Shown piece after piece: positions 9,094 through 18,210 of a DNA stretch of 46,710 bases (positions within the stretch are counted from its first letter, which is position 1; each line of letters begins with the position of its first letter). The position numbers and the translations under genes are program-made. The stretch comes from Nitrosopumilales archaeon CG_4_9_14_0_2_um_filter_34_16 (GTDB taxonomy: Archaea; Thermoproteota; Nitrososphaeria; Nitrososphaerales; Nitrosopumilaceae), in NCBI GenBank assembly GCA_002788515.1, contig PFRJ01000094.1:2240-48949 (forward strand). Reading direction: 5' to 3'. The notes beneath the pieces are model-generated. The model made no database searches. It had not been told where the DNA came from and saw only the letters and a list, made by a program, of their open reading frames with translations.

Positions 9094-9615
9094 CTATCCA
9101 TACATTGACTTGTCGATTGTTTCATCTGTTGTACTGCTTTGTGCTGAAAAACCACTAAAATTTGAACGAAATATCTTTTGAACATGACCTGACACTCTTG
9201 CAACATTGTCCCAAGCATTATGAAATGAAACTCTGTCTAATGCTTGTTCATCGACATGAGAAAATATTGCTAATCCTACTATGTTTTCCCCCTCTTTCAT
9301 CCATTGATGACCTACGCCGCAAATTGTACATATGTAACTAATCTCCATTATTGTTTTTGAAAATACCTGATTTTTCATCACAAGTAATTTTGAATCCTGC
9401 GGTGGAAACCTCATGTTTACATTGATGTGGATTCTATCTTCTCTGTTTACGTTTTTGCTGACAATTACATTTACTCCTACATGGAATTGCCATTCGATAA
9501 TCTTGCTTTTTTCTCTGATTTTTTCTGTCTGATCTTCATAGTTGATATTGGTAATTTTGATAAATTCTTCCACTAGACTCTTCATCTGTTCTGATGTTTT
9601 TGCCATGATTCTCAT
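9094..9615 (-). CDS. Hypothetical protein (DUF2299-like) ending in an HbYX-like tail
   Basis: 173-aa alpha/beta ORF; S/T-rich linker then SMYG. Confidence 0.65.
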   Translation of the reverse strand: MRIMAKTSEQMKSLVEEFIKITNINYEDQTEKIREKSKIIEWQFHVGVNVIVSKNVNREDRIHINVNMRFPPQDSKLLVMKNQVFSKTIMEISYICTICGVGHQWMKEGENIVGLAIFSHVDEQALDRVSFHNAWDNVARVSGHVQKIFRSNFSGFSAQSSTTDETIDKSMYG

Positions 9616-9654
9616 TTCTATTTGTTCAATATATGCAGTTATAGAAAAAAGGAA

Positions 9655-9792
9655 TTAATGGCTGTGTCCACAACCACAGGAATCATGACCTTCATGTCCT
9701 TGAGATTCTTTTCCTGCACATCTGGAACATTTGTCTGATCCCATTGGAGAGAAGAAACTAATTCCACATGATGCACATTTCATGTTTGACAT
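9655..9792 (-). CDS. Cys/His-rich metal-binding microprotein (45 aa)
   Basis: MSNMKCASCGISFFSPMGSDKCSRCAGKESQGHEGHDSCGCGHSH. Confidence 0.75.
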   Translation of the reverse strand: MSNMKCASCGISFFSPMGSDKCSRCAGKESQGHEGHDSCGCGHSH

Positions 9793-9954
9793 GTTCTTTC
9801 TAAAAAAATGCTGTATTTAATGAATACGTATCACTTGGGTTGAATAAAATAATGGTATTCAAAGGTTATTTCCCACATTGCTATGTAGGAATACAAAATT
9901 CCAATTCAGAGATTGATAGATAATTAAAAAAGTAACTCTTGATCATTCTATGAT

Positions 9955-10335
9955 GTGAAGTTTCAATTTTCTGCTAATGATAAAGAATGGCATCAAACAT
10001 TGCTCAACACTTTTGAAAATTTTCTAAACATGAAAATAAAACCTGTATTGGTTTATGATAGAAGGCATTTTGCAAACTATGTGTATAAAAACAGTATTCC
10101 ACCTAGCGCTGTTTGGGCAGAATGCATAAAAGAATGTGGCACTATTTGGCTAAATCCTCACTTGGCAACAGAGCCAAAAGTTGAAACTGTAAATACGTTG
10201 TATCATGAATGTTTACACATCAAATATCCGAAAAAAACTGAACGAGAAATAAGACAATTAGCAGATAAGATGGTTCCTGTAACAAAATCAATCACTTCTA
10301 AAAAAACAAAGTTCGATATCACACATACACATTAA
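9955..10335 (+). CDS. Small HExxH zincin-like protein
   Basis: GTIWLNP...NTLYHECLH. Confidence 0.65.
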   Translation: MKFQFSANDKEWHQTLLNTFENFLNMKIKPVLVYDRRHFANYVYKNSIPPSAVWAECIKECGTIWLNPHLATEPKVETVNTLYHECLHIKYPKKTEREIRQLADKMVPVTKSITSKKTKFDITHTH

Positions 10336-10365
10336 GTGTACTTGATTTCAACTTATTTGTACATG

Positions 10366-11589
10366 CTATCGCGATGAATTATGTACTGCGGATTTGAATG
10401 AATTTTTTAAAAGAATTGGGGTAATGACAATTGTTGCTAAAATCACTAAAATCAACAAAGTGTAAATAAAATCGGGTAAGACTCCACTCACAACTCCTAT
10501 ACCTGCAGTGATAAATGCAACTTCTCCCCTTGCAATCATTCCATAACCAATACGGAATCCCTTAGTTTTGTTTTTTAATAAAATTGTGGCAGGTACGCCA
10601 CAACCAAACATTTTACTTAAAATGGCAACAGCTAAAACTGCCAAAAGAAAAATCACATTTACTTCTGATATCTGTCGAAGATCTACATGTGCACCAATTA
10701 TTGCAAAAAATAACGGTGCTACTATGATCTTTAATTCCCCCGTGAACTCTCTTATTTGTCCTGCAAGTTTTGAACCTGCTAATCCCATCCCTGCAGCAAA
10801 CGCGCCAAGAATTGGATTAAGACCAATGATTGATGCTAATGCCGCAAATCCAAACGCTGAACCTATTGCTGCAGATTGTTTAATGCCTCTTAATTCCAGA
10901 GATGTAGGTTTTGCAAGAGCAATACCATGAATAATTTTTGGTAATACAAACACTGCCACTAACAACAACACTATCCAAAGACCAAATGACTCTGCTGCAG
11001 TTATTAATACTGATTCTATGCTTGGAATTGAATTCAGCGTAATTATTGAAACCACGGATGACAAAACTGCTAATCCTAATACGTCATCTATGACAGCTGC
11101 ATTAACTAAAATATTTCCTTCCGGAGTTTTTTCTTTACCTAATTCTTCCAACAATGTCACTGAAATCACAATACTGGTTGCGCTCAATGTTGCACCAATT
11201 AACACTGAGATTATCCAATCAAATCCAAATACTAAGGAAATCGTATATCCTAAAACTAATGGCATGATTAATCCTGCTGTTCCTATAATCGCAGATTTGT
11301 ACCCTGCAGCAAGTATGTCTTTGAATGTAAAATGAAGTCCTGCAGCGAATAATATCACAATCCCTGACATTTGCCATAATCCTAAAGTTAAAACGTCTAA
11401 CTGAACTATTGGTTTATCAAAAAATGGAATAATTCCTCCTAAAGCAAAAGGACCTAAGAATACCCCCCCAATAACAAAACCTATGATTTCAGAAAGTCCA
11501 ATACGGGCACATAGTCGCCCCAACAACAATGAAGGAATGACGATAAACAAAATTCCCACTAGTGATGGAATTACATCAAATCCCAACAT
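10366..11589 (-). CDS. Na+/H+ antiporter (CPA2/NapA-like)
   Basis: SATSI, AAVIDDVLGL, GMIARGEVA motifs. Confidence 0.9.
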   Translation of the reverse strand: MLGFDVIPSLVGILFIVIPSLLLGRLCARIGLSEIIGFVIGGVFLGPFALGGIIPFFDKPIVQLDVLTLGLWQMSGIVILFAAGLHFTFKDILAAGYKSAIIGTAGLIMPLVLGYTISLVFGFDWIISVLIGATLSATSIVISVTLLEELGKEKTPEGNILVNAAVIDDVLGLAVLSSVVSIITLNSIPSIESVLITAAESFGLWIVLLLVAVFVLPKIIHGIALAKPTSLELRGIKQSAAIGSAFGFAALASIIGLNPILGAFAAGMGLAGSKLAGQIREFTGELKIIVAPLFFAIIGAHVDLRQISEVNVIFLLAVLAVAILSKMFGCGVPATILLKNKTKGFRIGYGMIARGEVAFITAGIGVVSGVLPDFIYTLLILVILATIVITPILLKNSFKSAVHNSSR

Positions 11590-12890
11590 TATTTCACATT
11601 CCCCACTCTTGACTTGTTGAATTTTTTAGAAATTGAATAAAACGCTGCCCCTATGCCTATAATTGAAATGCCTACTAGTACAACTTCGATTTCAAACTGA
11701 AATGCCATGTATATTGAAATTCCAACTCCGAATAATGGGAGAATTGGAAATTTTCCAACGTTGATTGGAACTTTAAATTTTCTTTCAATGTTTGGCTCTG
11801 TGTAGCGTAAAACAATAACCGCCAAATTCACTGCAGCAAAAGTAATCACAATTGCAAAAACCGTAATGTTTGCAACTATAACAATATCTCCAACTAATGT
11901 AAAAATAATTGACGCTGTCATGATCACGATTATTGCTATCCATGGAGTTTTTGTTTTAAAATGAATTTTTTCTAATATGGTTGGAAATACTTTTTCTCTT
12001 GCCATGCCATAAAAAATCCTTGAACCTGCAACAAGTGTAATCAAAACTGTGTTGGTAATGGCAAAAAGTGCAATTGATGAAAGTAAGATATGTGCTTCTG
12101 AACCCAGTGCTCTTTCTGCCACTAATGCAATTGGGGCTGATGATTTGGCTAATTCTTCCCAATTAACAACTCTGACTACTGCTAGAGAAACCAGAATGTA
12201 GATTATTCCAGATATTACTACTGACAGAATTATCGCTCTGGGCAGAGTCTTTCTAGGTTTTTTCACTTCCTCTGCTATGTTTGCCATGTCCTCAAATCCA
12301 ATGAATGCAAAAAATATCAACACAAATGCAATAACAATTCCTGAAAAGCCTGATGGACTTTCAATGTAATTTACTGGTTCAGGATTTGCAAACATAAATC
12401 CAATAATAATTATCAGTACCAATCCTGATGCCTCAATTATTGTAAAAATGGTGTTTGTCCATGCTGACTCTCTAATTCCTATAAAATTCACTATTGAGAG
12501 AACAATTAGCAAACCTGTGGCAGAAAGAATTATTGGAATGTTTACAAATTCAGCAAAATATCCACCAAATCCTAATGCGACTGTGGCTGCAGTGATTACC
12601 GATGTGATGGCAGTTAGCCATCCTATTAGAAAAGCAAAAAAATTATTTTTAAAAGCGTTTTTAATGAAAACATACTCTGCAGATGCTTTTGGAAATATTG
12701 ATGATAATTCCGCGTAACTAAACCCTGCAAACAATGCAACAATGGATCCTAATACAAATGCAATCCATACTGCATCTCCTGCAAATCCCGCGGCTTCTCC
12801 TATTAACACATAAATTCCTGCCCCTAAAATTAATCCAGTTCCATACATGGTAAGTTGGAAAAGCCCCATGTGGCGTTTTAGTTCTGACAC
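11589..12890 (-). CDS. APC-family amino acid permease
   Basis: ILGAGIY, SYAELSS, FAFIGFED..NIAEEVKKP. Confidence 0.92.
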   Translation of the reverse strand: MSELKRHMGLFQLTMYGTGLILGAGIYVLIGEAAGFAGDAVWIAFVLGSIVALFAGFSYAELSSIFPKASAEYVFIKNAFKNNFFAFLIGWLTAITSVITAATVALGFGGYFAEFVNIPIILSATGLLIVLSIVNFIGIRESAWTNTIFTIIEASGLVLIIIIGFMFANPEPVNYIESPSGFSGIVIAFVLIFFAFIGFEDMANIAEEVKKPRKTLPRAIILSVVISGIIYILVSLAVVRVVNWEELAKSSAPIALVAERALGSEAHILLSSIALFAITNTVLITLVAGSRIFYGMAREKVFPTILEKIHFKTKTPWIAIIVIMTASIIFTLVGDIVIVANITVFAIVITFAAVNLAVIVLRYTEPNIERKFKVPINVGKFPILPLFGVGISIYMAFQFEIEVVLVGISIIGIGAAFYSISKKFNKSRVGNVK

Positions 12891-12927
12891 CTTGTTGTTT
12901 TGTTGTGTGTAGATAATAGTTAAGTTG

Positions 12928-12949
12928 TGATTATTGATGTTGACAATAA
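12928..12949. promoter_or_regulatory. Island box
   Basis: TGATTATTG-atgt-TGACAATAA; 38 nt from the APC start at 12890. Confidence 0.7.
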
Positions 12950-12960
12950 CACTCGAATTT

Positions 12961-12992
12961 ATTTATCACGGTATTCATTTATCACGGTATTC
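12961..12992. repeat. Perfect 16-bp tandem duplication
   Basis: ATTTATCACGGTATTC twice. Confidence 0.95.
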
Positions 12993-13003
12993 ATCCCATA
13001 TCT

Positions 13004-13204
13004 ATGATGAGAAAAAAACTCACAGAAAAGGAAAAAGAAGATCAGAAAAATCAACAAAAAATCAGAGCAAAACTATCTCGTGCTGCTAGAAGAAGTGGAA
13101 AAAGTATCAAATCTGAAGGTAAAGTCAATAAATCAAAGGCAAAGACTACAGAATCTAGATCATCAAAGAAGATTGCTGCGGTAAAAAAGACCTCGAAAAG
13201 ATAG
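13004..13204 (+). CDS. Small, very basic Lys/Arg-rich protein
   Basis: 66 aa dominated by K/R/S. Confidence 0.6.
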   Translation: MMRKKLTEKEKEDQKNQQKIRAKLSRAARRSGKSIKSEGKVNKSKAKTTESRSSKKIAAVKKTSKR

Positions 13205-13266
13205 ATGATGTCATTTTACAATCACGGCTAATTTTTAAATTTAAAATCTATTAATATTATCTAATG

Positions 13267-13288
13267 TGATTTTCAAAATTGATATTCT
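13267..13288. promoter_or_regulatory. Island box
   Basis: TGATTTTCA-aaat-TGATATTCT; 42 nt before ATG 13330. Confidence 0.75.
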
Positions 13289-13329
13289 GAATGACTCTCA
13301 TATATCTACTCTAACGTATTACATTTGTA

Positions 13330-13791
13330 ATGAATAACGCAAAAATCATGACAGTTGCAGATGTTATGACCAAATCAGTAATTGCTATAGATGCATCGAT
13401 GAGTGTACATGAATCTGCAAAGATGATGGAAGATGCAAAGGTTGGTGCAATTATCGTTATGGAGTCCAACTCTCCTGTTGGAATTGTTACTGATAGGGAT
13501 TTTGCCGTAAAAGTAGCTGCACACGCATACCCCATCACTTCCTCTGTAAAACAAATAATGTCATCTCCATTACTCTCAATAAACTCAAATGAAACAGTAA
13601 GAACTGCCTCAGATTTAATGCATGATAGAAAAATAAGAAAACTACCTGTCATCGATGATGACAAAGTAGTTGGAATGATCACTGCAACTGATATTGTTAA
13701 TCTGCTTGCAGTTTGTGTGGAAGATGATATGAGGGATATGTATTTTCATTCCGTAGCTAAAATTTATGCTGATTCTAGTCCGTATAATTAA
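13330..13791 (+). CDS. CBS-pair protein
   Basis: VADVMT, PVGIVTDRD, IRKLPV, VVGMITATD. Confidence 0.92.
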   Translation: MNNAKIMTVADVMTKSVIAIDASMSVHESAKMMEDAKVGAIIVMESNSPVGIVTDRDFAVKVAAHAYPITSSVKQIMSSPLLSINSNETVRTASDLMHDRKIRKLPVIDDDKVVGMITATDIVNLLAVCVEDDMRDMYFHSVAKIYADSSPYN

Positions 13792-13795
13792 AAAT

Positions 13796-14014
13796 ATGAT
13801 TCCGATCATAATATTGGTAACAATACCTGTTTTTCTTGGAATTGTTTATGTGGCACCGTTTGATCAACCTGAAGAAATTGATTCTGAAGTGATTTCTAAA
13901 GAACCCGATGTGAGCATTTTGTATTACATTTTGATGGTCATTTGGACTTTTTATTTACTACGAATTTTGTTGAGACTCAAAAAAGGCAGTTTTAAGATCA
14001 CTCAGAGGTACTAG
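13796..14014 (+). CDS. Small two-TM membrane protein
   Basis: Two hydrophobic helices; ATG 13796 just after the CBS stop. Confidence 0.6.
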   Translation: MIPIIILVTIPVFLGIVYVAPFDQPEEIDSEVISKEPDVSILYYILMVIWTFYLLRILLRLKKGSFKITQRY

Positions 14015-14127
14015 TGTGAACACAGCTCCTTATTGGAATAAAAAAATCTGTTCTGATTGTAAGAGAATACATTGTCATAAAGGATGTTTGTGTGATTGTC
14101 ACCAATTAAGAGATCGAACAGATTAAT

Positions 14128-14571
14128 CTATTTGGAACCCTTTTCCATTCTTAAAATAATTTGATCACAAATTCTACGCATTTCTGAATCAGAACCTACG
14201 CTTGCAATTTTCACAATGTCTGTAGTTGTCACTATTCCTGTGATTTGATCATTGTCCATAACTGGTAGTTTGTGAATTCCTTTCTCTTTCATCGTTTCTG
14301 AGGCTTCCCATACTGTCTCACCTGATTTGATTGTAATTAATGGCGATGATGCAACTTCATAAATTTCGGTAAACAATGGTCTTCCATCTGCTGCTATTTT
14401 GGTTACAAAATCCCTCTCGGTGACAATTCCTATTGGTTTGGAATCATCCATTACAATAACACATCCAATGCTTGACTCTTTCATCTGTTGTGCAGCTTCT
14501 TGCAATGTCATTGATTTTTCAACCGTTAATACATTTTTACTCATTATGTCTTTTACAAATGTGCTGTTCAC
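14128..14571 (-). CDS. CBS-pair protein
   Basis: VKDIMS, PIGIVTERD, IHKLPV, GIVTTTD. Confidence 0.92.
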   Translation of the reverse strand: MNSTFVKDIMSKNVLTVEKSMTLQEAAQQMKESSIGCVIVMDDSKPIGIVTERDFVTKIAADGRPLFTEIYEVASSPLITIKSGETVWEASETMKEKGIHKLPVMDNDQITGIVTTTDIVKIASVGSDSEMRRICDQIILRMEKGSK

Positions 14572-14611
14572 AAATTATATATGATTTTTTCAATGATATT
14601 AGATAAATCCC

Positions 14612-14646
14612 AAATTATCACCACTGAAAATCAATCCAGATAATCA
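14612..14646. promoter_or_regulatory. Island box, three half-sites at 13-bp period
   Basis: AAATTATCA-ccac-TGAAAATCA-atcc-AGATAATCA; 39 nt before ATG 14685 and 41 nt from start 14571. Confidence 0.8.
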
Positions 14647-14684
14647 TTGTAGCATTTAAACTTCAAAATGAATTACATTGATTC

Positions 14685-15116
14685 ATGGTGATCACCACTA
14701 AAAAAATTCTTGTTCCTTTAGATGGTTCCAAAAATGCTCTTCGTGGTCTAGATATGGCCATCCATATTGCAAGACAATCTCATGGAACAATCACTGCATT
14801 GTCCGTGAAATCTGTGCCTGGAATATATGCTCTTCATCCTCTTGGGTTTCTGGATTTTAATTCAATGACTGAAATCAAAAAATTACTTGATGAAGCAAAA
14901 CTACGTGCGGCAAAAAGAGGAATTCAATTAACTGGAAAGACTATTGCTGGAGATCCTGGATATGATATTGCAAGATTTGCAAATAACTCCAAAAATGGAA
15001 TCGATTTGGTTGTGATTGGTGCACGAGGAAGAAGCCCTGCAAAAGAATTCATCTTGGGCAGTGTTTCCAATTATGTGGTTCATAAATCTAAAAAACCTGT
15101 ATTGGTTGTAAAATGA
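14685..15116 (+). CDS. Universal stress protein
   Basis: KILVPLDGS, VIGARGR, ILGSVSNYVVHKSKKPVLVVK. Confidence 0.95.
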   Translation: MVITTKKILVPLDGSKNALRGLDMAIHIARQSHGTITALSVKSVPGIYALHPLGFLDFNSMTEIKKLLDEAKLRAAKRGIQLTGKTIAGDPGYDIARFANNSKNGIDLVVIGARGRSPAKEFILGSVSNYVVHKSKKPVLVVK

Positions 15117-15547
15117 GTAATTTTGATCACTGTTTTAAAAAAATTCTTGTTCCTTTAGATGGCTCCAAATATTCTGAAAAAGTGTTAGAACGTGTATCTG
15201 ATTTGGTTCGTGCTTTTGATTCAAAAATTATTTTATTGTATGTAATAGAAAAACCACTACCGATCAATTTTTTAGATCGTAAAGAATATCTTAGCATTCT
15301 TCAAAAATTTGGAAATAAAACTCTGAACAAAGCAAATGATTCACTCTCAAAAAATGGAATTACAGCAAAAACATTGTTGAAAAAAGGTAATATCGTGTCT
15401 GAAATTGAAAAAGTTGCTAAAAACGAAAAATGTGACTTGATCGTTGTTGGGAGTAAGGGTCTTGGTGCTGTAACTAGACTTTTACTTGGTAGTGTTTCAA
15501 ATAAACTTGCTCAATACTCTCCATGTTCCTTATTAATTGTAAAATAA
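15113..15547 (+). CDS. Universal stress protein
   Basis: KILVPLDGS, VVGSKG, LLGSVSNKL. Confidence 0.95.
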   Translation: MSNFDHCFKKILVPLDGSKYSEKVLERVSDLVRAFDSKIILLYVIEKPLPINFLDRKEYLSILQKFGNKTLNKANDSLSKNGITAKTLLKKGNIVSEIEKVAKNEKCDLIVVGSKGLGAVTRLLLGSVSNKLAQYSPCSLLIVK

Positions 15548-15548
15548 A

Positions 15549-16403
15549 TTAACTTGCTAATGTATTTACAATATCTGCTTTTGTGATTATTCCAACTAGT
15601 TTCGAGTTTTTAACTACTGGCAATCCACTTATGTCATGTTTGATCATACGTGTAATGGCAACTTTCACATCATCATCTCTTTCTACTGTGATTGGTTTAG
15701 TTGTCATAATGTCCGTAGCATGAAATGGAAACAGATAGCTCATTTGGTTTGAGTGTATTTCTTCCAATCCTTTTTTGTATTTGTATTCTTGAACTTCTTT
15801 AGGATCTGCTGATTCTGCTATCCATTGTGGTATTTTTGCAGGTACAAAATCTCTAAAAGTAATTATCCCTATTGGAATTTGATTTCTTTGTATTACTATC
15901 CGTGATATTCCATATTTCAACAATAAACTCTCCACGTGTAATATTGGATCGCTAGGTGCTGCAGTAATTACATCTCGTTTCATTATCTTTCCAACTTTTA
16001 GTGGTGCTGATTCTTTTGTAAGGAATGCTTTTACCAAATCTGTTTCTGTTACAATTCCTTCCAAATTACTGTCCTTATCTGTGATGATCACCAAGCTAAT
16101 TCTGTGTTTTTTCATCATTTTTGCACATTCCTGTACAGAATTCTTTCTAGTCAAAACAAATAGTCTTTTAGATGTAAAGTCTGCTGCTTTTACAGAATTG
16201 ATTGGGTTTGACCCCAATTCATAAATTTTTTTTGCAATGTCTTTTTCGGTAATGACTCCTATGGGTTTTTTCTTATCTGTTATGACTACTCTTTTTACTT
16301 TATTTTTTAACAAACTCTCTCTTGTTTTCAAGAGTGTAGTGTTGGGGCTAACTGTGATTGGTCTTGTAATTAATTCTGATAAATTTATTTTTTTTACATC
16401 CAC
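15549..16403 (-). CDS. Four-CBS-domain protein
   Basis: GVITEKD, GIVTETD, GIITFRD, GIITKAD. Confidence 0.92.
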   Translation of the reverse strand: MDVKKINLSELITRPITVSPNTTLLKTRESLLKNKVKRVVITDKKKPIGVITEKDIAKKIYELGSNPINSVKAADFTSKRLFVLTRKNSVQECAKMMKKHRISLVIITDKDSNLEGIVTETDLVKAFLTKESAPLKVGKIMKRDVITAAPSDPILHVESLLLKYGISRIVIQRNQIPIGIITFRDFVPAKIPQWIAESADPKEVQEYKYKKGLEEIHSNQMSYLFPFHATDIMTTKPITVERDDDVKVAITRMIKHDISGLPVVKNSKLVGIITKADIVNTLAS

Positions 16404-16449
16404 TTTTAATCACGTTCTTATTTATTCTCTGTTTTAATACTTCTATTAG

Positions 16450-16471
16450 TGAATGTCATCTCTGAAAATCA
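16450..16471. promoter_or_regulatory. Island box (divergent promoter)
   Basis: TGAATGTCA-tctc-TGAAAATCA; 39 nt before ATG 16510. Confidence 0.85.
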
Positions 16472-16509
16472 CTAAGAGATATATTTACTTCAGGTTTATG
16501 TTGTTTGGT

Positions 16510-16851
16510 ATGGTTGAACCAGTCCCTTTATTCATAGTTGGTTTATCTAAAGATGAACCTGCAAATGATATTATATCTTCCAAATTTGGCGCTGCCTTGG
16601 AAAAAGTACAACAAGTACTATCTCATATAATTGAGGCAAAAATTACAATTGAAACTCAAAATCCTGAGGGATCAAGAACACACTATGAAGCAACTGCATC
16701 TGTTAAAACTTCTAACGATACTCTGATTTATACCGAATCTGGTTGGGATATTTTAAAAATTGCTGATCAGTTATCTAAAAAACTAGAAGGTGAGTTGTCA
16801 AAACATGATGATAAACGCCAAAGAGAAAGTATTCGTAAACGTGATGCATGA
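16510..16851 (+). CDS. HPF/RaiA (S30AE-like) ribosome-associated protein
   Basis: beta-alpha-beta-beta-beta-alpha pattern, ESGWDILKIADQLSKKLEGELSK helix and basic tail; ATG 16510 supported by box spacing. Confidence 0.65.
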   Translation: MVEPVPLFIVGLSKDEPANDIISSKFGAALEKVQQVLSHIIEAKITIETQNPEGSRTHYEATASVKTSNDTLIYTESGWDILKIADQLSKKLEGELSKHDDKRQRESIRKRDA

Positions 16852-16855
16852 CAAT

Positions 16856-17287
16856 ATGTTTGAAAATATTCTAGTTCCTTATGATCTATCAAACCAATCT
16901 ACTAGGGCTTTTAAGACTGCATTAAGCATTGCAAAAAAATACGATTCAAAAGTGACTCTTTTAACATGTCTTGAAGGTGATGCATGGCATCATTACTACT
17001 ATGATTCACAAGCAGATAATGAACTAATTAAAAAACAAAACAAAGTCACAAAACAACATCTTCAAAAACTAGAAAAAATTGCGGAGAAAAATGGCATTTC
17101 TGTAAAATCTTACGTATTGACCTCAAAATCAGTCGTTAATGATATTGTAACTTTTGCAAAATCACGAAAACATGATTTGATCGTAATTGGTTCTCATGGT
17201 AGAATTGGGTTTGATAAATTTCTTTTGGGCAGTGTTGCAAACGGTGTGTCTCAAAAAACTAAAAGCCCAGTTTTAATTGTAAAGTAA
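16856..17287 (+). CDS. Universal stress protein
   Basis: MFENILVPYDLS, VIGSHGR, LLGSVANGV. Confidence 0.95.
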   Translation: MFENILVPYDLSNQSTRAFKTALSIAKKYDSKVTLLTCLEGDAWHHYYYDSQADNELIKKQNKVTKQHLQKLEKIAEKNGISVKSYVLTSKSVVNDIVTFAKSRKHDLIVIGSHGRIGFDKFLLGSVANGVSQKTKSPVLIVK

Positions 17288-17303
17288 ACCGAAGGTGATA
17301 TAA

Positions 17304-18206
17304 TTAATTTCAATTATTGGAAGTGGCCGAGTTGGCACAGCTATTGCATTTCTATGTGTCTCAAATGCCTTAGACGATGTTTTGCTTGTAAATCGTACCG
17401 CAAGCAAAGCGATTGGCGAATCTTTGGATATCGTAAATGCAATTCCTTCTACTTCTAAATTTTCTATTCGTGGAACTGATGATTATTCTGAATTGGTAAA
17501 TTCAACTGTTGTTGTGATTGCAGCTAGCACAGAAACATATCTAACAGATAGAACCGAAAATATGGCATCACAAGTCACCATGATAAAAGAAATAGCAAAA
17601 AACATTCAACGCTATTGTCCTTCTACAATAGTCTTATTGATTTCCAATCCTCTTGATGTTTTAACATATTTTTTTCAAAAAGAATCTAGATTTTCCAGAT
17701 ACAAAGTAATTGGAGTGGCATCTAGTTTGGATGCCAGTAGATTTCGATATTTTATTTCAGAGAAATTTTCTGTTCCTCAGATATCTATTGCTGACGCACT
17801 AGTTCTTGGAGAACATGGGGATTCTATGGTTCCTGTATTTTCTAGGTGTTTTGTTGATGGAACTCCATTGCTTTCAATGCTTGATAACGATGAACGAGAT
17901 TTGATTATTGATGCTGTTAGAAATTACTGGAAAACACTGCGAAATTATAAGAGTCGATCTCAATTCGGTATTGCCAAAAACTCCTACGATGTAATCGATG
18001 CTATCATTTCTAAAAAAGAAATATCTGTTCCTGCTTCTGTTGTTCTTGATGGTGAATATGGTGAAACTAATGTCTCCATGGGTGTTCCAGTCAAAATCAA
18101 TCAAAATGGAATTATTGAAATACAAAAAATAGAACTTGATAAATTTGAACAAAATTCACTTAAAATTTCTGCACACACTATCCGAATTAACATTCAATCT
18201 GTCTGA
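17304..18206 (+). CDS. LDH/MDH-family 2-hydroxyacid dehydrogenase; N-terminus lacks a canonical start codon
   Basis: In-frame ISIIGSGRVG Rossmann motif upstream of the tracked ORF; SNPLD, LDASR, GEHGD; AGGTGA SD-like sequence at 17293-17298. Confidence 0.8.
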   Translation, partial: LISIIGSGRVGTAIAFLCVSNALDDVLLVNRTASKAIGESLDIVNAIPSTSKFSIRGTDDYSELVNSTVVVIAASTETYLTDRTENMASQVTMIKEIAKNIQRYCPSTIVLLISNPLDVLTYFFQKESRFSRYKVIGVASSLDASRFRYFISEKFSVPQISIADALVLGEHGDSMVPVFSRCFVDGTPLLSMLDNDERDLIIDAVRNYWKTLRNYKSRSQFGIAKNSYDVIDAIISKKEISVPASVVLDGEYGETNVSMGVPVKINQNGIIEIQKIELDKFEQNSLKISAHTIRINIQSV

Positions 18207-18210
18207 ATTT

